Assembly: GCA_026391215.1 (NCBI GenBank)
Contig: JAPLDX010000093.1
Coordinates: forward strand, 1-12,689
Direction of reading: 5' to 3'
DNA: 12,689 nt
Origin: Bacteroidia bacterium
GTDB taxonomy: Bacteria > Bacteroidota > Bacteroidia > Bacteroidales > VadinHA17
How positions within the stretch are numbered: position 1 is the stretch's first letter; every line of letters begins with the position of its first letter. A program made the translations under genes and the position numbers. Below the pieces are notes generated by a model, which was given only the letters and a program-made list of their open reading frames with translations, had not been told where the DNA came from and did not search any database. Shown in pieces: positions 1-5,878 of the stretch.

Positions 1-555
1 GAAGAAAGTAGGATGCATTATTATAGCTTTCTTAATTTTCAATAAAGGAATTCTGCCATCCGGATCACCATGCCATCCGCTTTCATTCAAGCTGTATGCA
101 AATCCGTATGAAAAAACCCGTTCCATCCACCCCTTCATTATCGCGGGAAAATGCATCCAGATCACCTGAGTTATAAATACCAGCACATCTGCTTCTGCTA
201 CTTTCTTTTGCTGTGCCAGCACATCACTGGGCTTTTGAGAACCAATAAGCTTGCGTAGATCATCATCACTCTTGTTCCGAATATACAATTTTGCAATCAA
301 CCTCCTAATAGGCCCACCCGCAAGCTCGATTATCATCTTCCTCATGTCCATTTGCCTGAAAAGCCATTCAGGCATATCTTTATCCACAAAAAAAGCAGAA
401 TCCTTATCCTGCAATACAGGATTGAACTTTATTTTATACAAATCGACAATTTCGTATTGATGTCCAGCCTCATTAAGGCCTCTTACAAAATTGTCAAGAA
501 TAGCATGAGTAAATGACATTGGATTAGGATTAGCATAAATGATTAATACTTTCAT
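1..555 (-). CDS. NAD(P)H-dependent oxidoreductase, flavodoxin-like fold (NAD(P)H:quinone dehydrogenase family); runs off the left window edge
   Basis: Not in the ORF track. Hand translation from ATG at 555 (alternative in-frame ATG at 561): MKVLIIYANPNPMSFTHAIL...GHQYEIVDLYKIKFNPVL...DVLAQQKKVAEADVLVFITQVIWMHFPAIMKGWMERVFSYGFAY. These are typical Flavodoxin_2/KefF-like motifs. The frame stays open to position 1. Confidence 0.9.
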   Translation of the reverse strand, partial: MKVLIIYANPNPMSFTHAILDNFVRGLNEAGHQYEIVDLYKIKFNPVLQDKDSAFFVDKDMPEWLFRQMDMRKMIIELAGGPIRRLIAKLYIRNKSDDDLRKLIGSQKPSDVLAQQKKVAEADVLVFITQVIWMHFPAIMKGWMERVFSYGFAYSLNESGWHGDPDGRIPLLKIKKAIIMHPTFF

Positions 556-676
556 AGTCATTTAGTTTAAAAGTTATCTGAAGTTAATTAATTTTATATA
601 TACAATATACTAATTAAGGAAATTAAATCAAATTGAGATTAAGAATCCGAAATTGGTACCTACAGCATTTGGACGC

Positions 677-715
677 AAAATCCGTAAGATCAAAGTCTTG
701 CGGATTTTTGTTTTT
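677..715. terminator. Probable intrinsic terminator hairpin downstream of the amidohydrolase gene
   Basis: AAAATCCGTAAGA (677-689) / TCTTGCGGATTTT (696-708): 13-bp arms with one mismatch and a 6-nt loop, with T-runs possible on both strands. Confidence 0.6.
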
Positions 716-727
716 GAGAAGGTGACG

Positions 728-747
728 CCTGCCTGCCGGCAGGCAGG
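728..747. repeat. Perfect 20-bp REP-like palindrome CCTGCCTGCCGGCAGGCAGG
   Basis: Exact self-reverse-complement. GC-rich, in an AT-rich intergenic region just past the amidohydrolase stop codon. Confidence 0.75.
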
Positions 748-773
748 GAATTGGCGATGAAGTATATTGGAGA

Positions 774-1706
774 CTAATCCACAGTATCCTTCAACTTCAG
801 GAAGCGCGCAGCATTGTTGTAAAAAATATCACGCTTTTCTTCTTTGGAGAGAAACTTTGCTGATTCAATTCCTTCAATGGCCATGCCAATAGCCTCCGGC
901 CATATCATTTGATCGGATCCGAACATTAATCGTTTTCCAAAACCTGCTCTAATCAAATCTTTGAGATATTCATGGAATTCTTCCTGTGGAATGATCCAGT
1001 CAATAGTTGCAAGATCAGCATACACTTGCGGGTAGACAGACATAATTGCCTTTGTTTCTTCCAGGTACGGCCAACCACCATGCATAATGTATAATCTCAG
1101 CTTTGGATGTCTCACCAGGACTTCTTCAAGAAGAATAGGATTGCCATATGTTACACGGAATTCAGGACAACATGTATATGGAGTTTCCGCAGGCCCAAGA
1201 CCTGAATGAACTCCTACCGGTATGTCCAGTTCTTCAGCAAGAGCCAGGTATGGTTCAAATAGCGAATCTGTAAGAGTAAGTCCGGCATATTGCGCCACCA
1301 GTTCTCCAAGTGCTCCAAGTCGGCCATCAGTAAATTGCTCCCGTAATTGTTCCAAATCTGGCAGTAAAGTTACTTCATCGAAATGTACTCCTCCTATTAT
1401 GCGTTCAGGTTCTTTAGATTTCCAGCGATATAAGACCTCTAAAGGTCCACTCGTTACAGCTAAAGTAATATTATAACGGCGCATTTCCGCTAGAGTTGCC
1501 TCCATAATTGCTTCGTCACTTGTCGAAGAGGATGACCTTCCTGTGATTGGATTGGGTATGCCTGATTCACCCATATACCCTGCAGGCCAGGAGTGCAAGT
1601 GCATATCAATAATTGGAAGGTTCTTATTTTTAGAGGTTTGACAAGATATCAAACAGAAGATTCCCACAAGTCCAATAACGATAGGCAGCAAGTTTTTTTT
1701 CGTCAT
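774..1706 (-). CDS. Amidohydrolase family protein (Amidohydro_2-like TIM barrel), probable lipoprotein
   Basis: IIDMHLH (HxH metal motif), LGE, PVGVHSG, IMHGG, RLMFGSD and IFYNNAARFL. Hydrophobic signal peptide ending in LISC. Confidence 0.9.
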   Translation of the reverse strand: MTKKNLLPIVIGLVGIFCLISCQTSKNKNLPIIDMHLHSWPAGYMGESGIPNPITGRSSSSTSDEAIMEATLAEMRRYNITLAVTSGPLEVLYRWKSKEPERIIGGVHFDEVTLLPDLEQLREQFTDGRLGALGELVAQYAGLTLTDSLFEPYLALAEELDIPVGVHSGLGPAETPYTCCPEFRVTYGNPILLEEVLVRHPKLRLYIMHGGWPYLEETKAIMSVYPQVYADLATIDWIIPQEEFHEYLKDLIRAGFGKRLMFGSDQMIWPEAIGMAIEGIESAKFLSKEEKRDIFYNNAARFLKLKDTVD

Positions 1707-1803
1707 AAGTCACGGATAAGTTATTTAGTCAAGTTACGAAATTTTTACAAGTCGACATAGAAATAATTGCTACTGCTTGTAAGATCAATGATCTGCGGGA
1801 TAC

Positions 1804-1902
1804 GGTCATGCAGGTTGAGGAGCGTAGCGACGAAATCCCGAGAACGAAGTGAATCGGGATCGTGCAAGTCGTGCAGGTCGTGCTGGTCATGCAGGTCGTG
1901 CA
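1804..1902 (+). repeat. 9-bp tandem repeat (GGTCRTGCA consensus) interrupted by a REP-like insert
   Basis: ggtcatgca-ggt[1816-1860 insert]cgtgca-agtcgtgca-ggtcgtgct-ggtcatgca-ggtcgtgca. The insert contains the hairpin ATCCCGA (1835-1841) / TCGGGAT (1854-1860). Confidence 0.75.
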
Positions 1903-1905
1903 ATT

Positions 1906-1985
1906 GTATGAGCGTTCGATCGTTTGAGCGTTCGAGCGTTTTACCTTCATACCTTCGTACCGTCATACCGTTGAACCGTTGAGCC
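1906..1985 (+). repeat. Bipartite octamer array, copy 1: 4 x GTTYGAKC-like, hinge GTTTTACC, then TTCRTACC-like units
   Basis: gtatgagc gttcgatc gtttgagc gttcgagc gttttacc ttcatacc ttcgtacc gtcatacc gttgaacc gttgagcc. Confidence 0.9.
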
Positions 1986-2049
1986 GTATAGTCTTGGTTC
2001 CCTTGTAACTCATTTTTCCCTTCGCAATATTTTTCTAAGGATTTTTTGT

Positions 2050-2057
2050 TATATTTG
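2050..2057 (+). promoter_or_regulatory. Bacteroidota -7 promoter box (TATATTTG) for ORF6N gene 1
   Basis: Matches TAnnTTTG and ends 47 bp before the ATG at 2105. No clear -33 TTTG. Confidence 0.45.
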
Positions 2058-2104
2058 GTATGCATTTCCTATAGATCCTACGTTAAGGTTTTTGTGCTAA
2101 ACTA

Positions 2105-2647
2105 ATGAAGGGGTTAATTCATCAGAGAGAAATTATTTCCCAGATATATTTTATCAGAGGGAAAAAAGTCATGCTGGATTTTCATCTGGCAATGCTCTAC
2201 AATGTTGAGACCAGGGTACTGAAACAACAAGTCAGAAGGAATATTGACAGATTCCCGGATGACTTTATGTTCCAATTGGCTGTTTCTGAATGGAAGGAGC
2301 TTATCACAAATTGTGATAACCTTGGAGCGATGAAATATTCTCCTTCGCTTCCATATGCATTTACCGAACAGGGAATAGCCATGCTTTCAGGAGTTTTGCG
2401 CAGCTCCAGAGCGATTAAAATAAATATCTCAATCATGCGTGCTTTTATCAGAATGCGTGAAATAATTGATGAAAACAAGGAATTAAGGAATAAACTTGAC
2501 GCTCTGGAAGCCAGATATGATGAACAATTCAGGATTGTTTTTGAAGCAATGAGAGAATTAATCACAACTAAACAAAAGCCTGTTCCTCCGGTTGGTTTCA
2601 GAATTAACAAACAAAGCAAAAACGAAGGAGATTCAGATAATGACTGA
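2105..2647 (+). CDS. ORF6N domain-containing DNA-binding protein (paralog 1)
   Basis: IRGKKVMLDFHLAMLYNVETRVLKQQVRRNIDRFPDDFMFQL...PYAFTEQGIAMLSGVLRS...IMRAF, followed by a coiled-coil and a C-terminal PVGF. Confidence 0.92.
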   Translation: MKGLIHQREIISQIYFIRGKKVMLDFHLAMLYNVETRVLKQQVRRNIDRFPDDFMFQLAVSEWKELITNCDNLGAMKYSPSLPYAFTEQGIAMLSGVLRSSRAIKINISIMRAFIRMREIIDENKELRNKLDALEARYDEQFRIVFEAMRELITTKQKPVPPVGFRINKQSKNEGDSDND

Positions 2648-2654
2648 TTGAAAA

Positions 2655-2674
2655 TCTCCCCCTCCCGCCCTCAC
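2655..2674 (-). repeat. Inverted partial copy of the purine-rich GGAGGGCG octamer family
   Basis: tctccccctcccgccctcac is the reverse complement of gtgagggcgggagggggaga. It lies directly after the ORF6N-1 stop codon. Confidence 0.7.
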
Positions 2675-2689
2675 TACTCATTTCTTCCC

Positions 2690-2919
2690 GCAGGTCGTGC
2701 AATTGTTTGACCGTTCGATCGTTTGATCGTTTGAGCGTTTGATCGTTTGAGCGTTTGATCGTTCGATCGTTCGATCGTTTGAGCGTTCGAGCGTACGATC
2801 GTTTGAGCGTTTGAGCGTTTGAGCGTTTGACAGTTCGAGCGTTTTACCTTCATACCTTCGTACCTTCGAACCTTCATACCTTCGAAATTCGTACCTTCAA
2901 ACCTTCATACGATCAAACC
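2690..2919 (+). repeat. Bipartite octamer array, copy 2 (expanded): GCAGGTCGTGCAATT lead-in, 17 x GTTYGAKC-like, hinge GTTTTACC, about 9 x TTCRWACC
   Basis: Units counted by hand: block A 2705-2840, hinge 2841-2848, block B 2849-2919. It shares an exact 17-bp lead-in (2690-2706 = 1891-1907) and an exact 32-bp junction (2833-2864 = 1930-1961) with copy 1. Confidence 0.95.
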
Positions 2920-2947
2920 ATTATTTGCAGGTAACTGGATTGACCAG

Positions 2948-3118
2948 CTACTTATCGTCCTGAGTCTTCTTTGGGAAACGAAGGTTCAGGAAGATCGTTG
3001 TCTTTCCTTCCCATTCCGCTGTGACATCAATAATTTTCAGATCAGGATACTTTTTTTGGAGTGCAGCTCTCCAGTCAGGTGAGCTTTCTGCCTGTTTCTT
3101 TTCTTCTTCGTTTTCCAT
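2948..3118 (-). CDS. Small hypothetical protein, 56 aa (not in the ORF track)
   Basis: MENEEEKKQAESSPDWRAALQKKYPDLKIIDVTAEWEGKTTIFLNLRFPKKTQDDK*. A/T-rich region before the ATG and a consensus promoter upstream. Confidence 0.65.
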   Translation of the reverse strand: MENEEEKKQAESSPDWRAALQKKYPDLKIIDVTAEWEGKTTIFLNLRFPKKTQDDK

Positions 3119-3158
3119 AATGCAAAGTGTTTTAGTTAAACAATAAGTAACTTTTTCG

Positions 3159-3274
3159 CATCAGGAACAATCCGGAAAGTCTGAATTCTGCTTTAACATT
3201 TTTGACAAGACTGCCCACATCGCTTTACCACCGTGGTGTCAACTCGGTTGGTATCCATTTAAGGATTCCTGATG
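3159..3274 (-). ncRNA. Candidate structured 5' leader or cis-regulatory RNA of the 56-aa ORF
   Basis: Closing stem CATCAGGAA (3159-3167) / TTCCTGATG (3266-3274), inner stem TTGACA (3202-3207) / TGTCAA (3237-3242), and short hairpins at 3227-3237 and 3240-3250. No RNA family recognised. Confidence 0.4.
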
Positions 3275-3281
3275 TATAATG

Positions 3282-3312
3282 CAAAGATACGAAGAATTTG
3301 CTACAAAACAAA
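3282..3312 (-). promoter_or_regulatory. Bacteroidota sigma-A-type promoter TTTG-N19-TATCTTTG
   Basis: On the minus strand: TTTG (3312-3309), a 19-nt spacer, then TATCTTTG (3289-3282). Confidence 0.75.
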
Positions 3313-3315
3313 AGA

Positions 3316-3384
3316 GGCTACCGGCTACCAGAAAAAGGAGGGCGGGATGGCGGGAGGGCGGGAGGGCAAGAGAGCGTGAGGGTG
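3316..3384 (+). repeat. Purine-rich repeat block, left copy: (GGCTACC)2, A-run, 6 x GGAGGGCG-like octamer
   Basis: ggagggcg ggatggcg ggagggcg ggagggca agagagcg tgagggtg (3337-3384). Positions 3320-3366 match 4211-4257 at 44 of 47 bases. Confidence 0.9.
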
Positions 3385-3443
3385 GTTTGCCTGATCAATT
3401 ATTTTCTATAAAGCTTTTGCACTACAAAGAGCATCATTTTTAG

Positions 3444-3451
3444 TATCTTTG
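3444..3451 (+). promoter_or_regulatory. Bacteroidota -7 promoter box (TATCTTTG) for ORF6N gene 2
   Basis: TAnnTTTG ending 80 bp before the ATG at 3532. The nearest TTTG (3416-3419) is 24 nt upstream, longer than the usual spacing. Confidence 0.55.
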
Positions 3452-3492
3452 TTAATGTAGTCTCGCTTTGCTTTTAATTAACATTTATTGAT

Positions 3493-3521
3493 AGAACTGG
3501 CCACAGATAGTGACCCCTTAA
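3493..3521 (+). promoter_or_regulatory. Candidate operator: degenerate copy of the intragenic palindrome of ORF6N gene 2
   Basis: agaactggccacagatagtgaccccttaa versus agaactggtcacaaattgtgaccggttaa (3723-3751): 24 of 29 bases identical with no gaps. It lies between the -7 box and the ATG. Confidence 0.5.
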
Positions 3522-3531
3522 CTTAGGAATC

Positions 3532-4044
3532 ATGAGCACAGATATCCTTAAAGCGGAATATGAAATCCTGATCTTTACAATCCGCGGAAGAAAGGTGATG
3601 ATAGATTATGACCTTGCAGCGCTCTACGAAGTATCGACAAAAGCCCTTAAGCAACAGGTTAAGAGAAACAGAACCAGATTCCCCGAGGATTTCATGTTTA
3701 TACTTAATCCGGCAGAAAAGGAAGAACTGGTCACAAATTGTGACCGGTTAAAAAGTCTGCAGCACTCTTCAGTTAATCCTATGGCATTCACCGAACAGGG
3801 AGTCGCAATGCTTTCAACAGTCTTAAGATCTGAAAAAGCAATAAGTATAAACATTGAAATAATGAGAGCTTTTGCCCGTTACAGAGCAATTCTCAGGGAA
3901 AATGAAGAACTCAGGAAAGACGTTAAGAAACTCGATGAAAAGCTAAACGAGGCCATCAAGTTCCTTATTGAACGAATCGATGAATTACACCAGGGTAAAG
4001 ATGAACCGTTAAAGCCCATCGGATTCAAATATAAAAAGTCATAG
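3532..4044 (+). CDS. ORF6N domain-containing DNA-binding protein (paralog 2)
   Basis: IRGRKVMIDYDLAALYEVSTKALKQQVKRNRTRFPEDFMFIL...ELVTNCDR...PMAFTEQGVAMLSTVLRS...IMRAF, followed by a coiled-coil and a C-terminal PIGF. Confidence 0.92.
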   Translation: MSTDILKAEYEILIFTIRGRKVMIDYDLAALYEVSTKALKQQVKRNRTRFPEDFMFILNPAEKEELVTNCDRLKSLQHSSVNPMAFTEQGVAMLSTVLRSEKAISINIEIMRAFARYRAILRENEELRKDVKKLDEKLNEAIKFLIERIDELHQGKDEPLKPIGFKYKKS

Positions 4045-4132
4045 AATAAAATAACAATTAAGTTGCCTGAGATTTTGTTCAGAGACAGGAAGGAAGATTT
4101 TATTGAAATGATCTTCTTGTTCAAATGACACA

Positions 4133-4155
4133 GGATGCTGCGACATCCGTTTTTT
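4133..4155 (+). terminator. Possible weak intrinsic terminator after ORF6N gene 2
   Basis: GGATG-ctgcga-CATCC followed by GTTTTTT. The stem is only 5 bp. Confidence 0.35.
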
Positions 4156-4161
4156 AATATA

Positions 4162-4290
4162 TCCCCCACTCTCCCATTCTCCCCATCCTTTTTGATCCAT
4201 GATCCATGCCACCGGCTACCATAAAAAGGAGGGCGAGATGGCGAGAGGGCGGGAGGGTGGGATGATGGTATGACGGTACGATGGTGCGAC
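4162..4290. repeat. Composite repeat block: pyrimidine octamers, (TGATCCA)2, right copy of the purine-rich block, inverted block-B octamers
   Basis: tcccccactctcccattctccccatcc (4162-4188); tgatcca x2 (4193-4206); 47-bp direct repeat (4211-4257); ggtatgac ggtacgat ggtgcgac (4267-4290). Confidence 0.85.
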
Positions 4291-4302
4291 AGTGTGTTAT
4301 GG

Positions 4303-4992
4303 TTAGTTCTGTTTGTTTAAACTATCTATATGTAAAACATTAACACCCCTGTTTTTAAAAACTGTCATCATGCTATCTTTCATTCCGGTTGATTCAGATA
4401 AAATTGCTTCTTCAATAAGATTAACTGTATAGTTTCTATTCTGCGAGGCTTCAACAGTTGCATTTATACATTCAGCAGCATCCAGACCCACTAAATACAA
4501 TTCACTTACTTTATTGCCGGTCAGGATACTATCGAGATTTGTATTTTTAAAAGAATCTTTTGCTCTTTTAATAACCACTAAACCAGAAGTTGTTTTTATC
4601 CGTTTATCAAATTGTGCCCCCGGACTACCTTTTGCGTAAGAACTATTTAATAAATTAATTAATGGATTTGATATTTCACTTCGAATATGAATTACCAGAA
4701 TGTTGTGATCATTAAAACAATCAACTATCCAGTTTATGTTTTTTATCAATTCATCTGAATTCTTCCGGAAGAATGGATACATAGAAAGATGTCCGGTTGT
4801 AGCCTCCTGGATATCAATAACTAAAAGGGCGGATTTACGTTTGCTGTAATTTTCTATAGGTTGCCCTTTAGTTACAACAGATTCATATTGCCCTGAAATT
4901 ATCAGGTTAATAAAAACAATTAAAACGAAAAGAATTATTGTTCCCAGAATTCCAAAGATAATTTTCTTTACCAGTCCTTTTTTCTTAGTCAA
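4303..4992 (-). CDS. Cysteine hydrolase (isochorismatase-like family) with an N-terminal membrane anchor
   Basis: ALLVIDIQE, IKRAKDSF and LVGLDAAECINAT provide the Asp-Lys-Cys triad. Start moved to the in-frame TTG at 4992 (MTKKKGLVKKIIFGILG...) because the track start at 5106 overlaps the upstream gene. The start position is uncertain. Confidence 0.85.
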   Translation of the reverse strand: MTKKKGLVKKIIFGILGTIILFVLIVFINLIISGQYESVVTKGQPIENYSKRKSALLVIDIQEATTGHLSMYPFFRKNSDELIKNINWIVDCFNDHNILVIHIRSEISNPLINLLNSSYAKGSPGAQFDKRIKTTSGLVVIKRAKDSFKNTNLDSILTGNKVSELYLVGLDAAECINATVEASQNRNYTVNLIEEAILSESTGMKDSMMTVFKNRGVNVLHIDSLNKQN

Positions 4993-5041
4993 AGTTTTAT
5001 TTTTACTTACAAATCCCGATAGCTGAGAAGTAATTGTCCGG

Positions 5042-5878
5042 TTAATGCTCAATCCTGACAATCCAATCCTGAACTTCGGGAAACTTAGAAAAGACTTTAT
5101 CATCATGACCCGGAATTATCAGATCAGGATCCGGGACTAAAGTTTTGATTCTTTTCATGGCTTCAACATAAGCCAGAGGATCCATGCAAACACTTACCGG
5201 CAGTAATTTTTCATAATTCAGATAGAACCAGATTGCATCAGATGCAAGTAAAATTTCGTTCTTTTTTGAATCCGGATTGACTAAAAGATATTGATTTTCA
5301 AAAGTGTGTCGGGATCCTGTAAATACCTTAATGCCGGGCATAATTTCCACATCATCACCATCAATGAGGTTTAGTCTGCCTTGTAAATTGATTTCAATAA
5401 TATTGTGTACGTCATTTTTCTCAAATCCCACTGAATAGCCGTTCTCCTGCCAGGCTGCTCCCGTGAAATAATCATAGTCATCTTTCTGCATCCAGATCTG
5501 TGCTTTGGGAAACAGATTAATTCCTCCTATGTGATCATTATGAGGGTGTGTTAAAATAATATCAGAAATGTCTTGCGGGGATATGTTGATCCTTTGTAAA
5601 ACCAGGTCTGGTCTTATGTAATTTGCATTTGCATTCGCAGAATCGAGAAATCCGGCATCGACAAGGATATTCTTGCCATTTTGACCTTTTATCAGCCAGA
5701 ACATATCACAAACGTTGATGCTATCATTTGGATCTGCTCCAACAACCCAGTCTTTGGCCTGAATTTTATATCCACCATTGAATTTGACAGCATAGACCTG
5801 ATATTCATCATTATGCCTACAGTTTGTCAGTAAGGCAAAGATGAAGAAGGCTGAGATCAGTGTGAGTTTTTTTGGCAT
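5042..5878 (-). CDS. MBL-fold metallo-hydrolase, N-acyl homoserine lactonase-like family, probable lipoprotein
   Basis: ILVDAG, THPHNDHIGG (HxHxDH), LLASDA and IIPGHD. Signal peptide ending in LLTNC. The substrate cannot be determined from sequence. Confidence 0.88.
   Translation of the reverse strand: MPKKLTLISAFFIFALLTNCRHNDEYQVYAVKFNGGYKIQAKDWVVGADPNDSINVCDMFWLIKGQNGKNILVDAGFLDSANANANYIRPDLVLQRINISPQDISDIILTHPHNDHIGGINLFPKAQIWMQKDDYDYFTGAAWQENGYSVGFEKNDVHNIIEINLQGRLNLIDGDDVEIMPGIKVFTGSRHTFENQYLLVNPDSKKNEILLASDAIWFYLNYEKLLPVSVCMDPLAYVEAMKRIKTLVPDPDLIIPGHDDKVFSKFPEVQDWIVRIEH

Noticed and set aside
1729-2065. ORFs 1729-1950, 1745-2065 and 1767-1982, plus 2674-2877 and 5893-6150 with similar MKV.RSNAQTI starts
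   Set aside because: The peptide similarity is explained by translation through the 8- and 9-bp DNA repeats. Several frames are open at once and the sequences diverge outside the arrays.
2690-2919. CRISPR-like or guide-RNA array
   Set aside because: The units are contiguous 8-mers with no unique spacers, and no cas or other nuclease gene is in the window.
2197-4169. Antisense ORFs 2197-2619, 3624-3854 and 3879-4169, two of which resemble each other
   Set aside because: They are shadows of the two paralogous ORF6N genes, with no independent coding signal.
1800-4300. Prophage or IS element
   Set aside because: ORF6N alone is not enough. No integrase, transposase, structural or replication genes are present.
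4993-5106. N-terminal extension of the cysteine hydrolase given by the ORF track
   Set aside because: It overlaps the end of the MBL gene and crosses a REP-like remnant at 5013-5024. The TTG at 4992 gives a normal basic-then-hydrophobic N-terminus.
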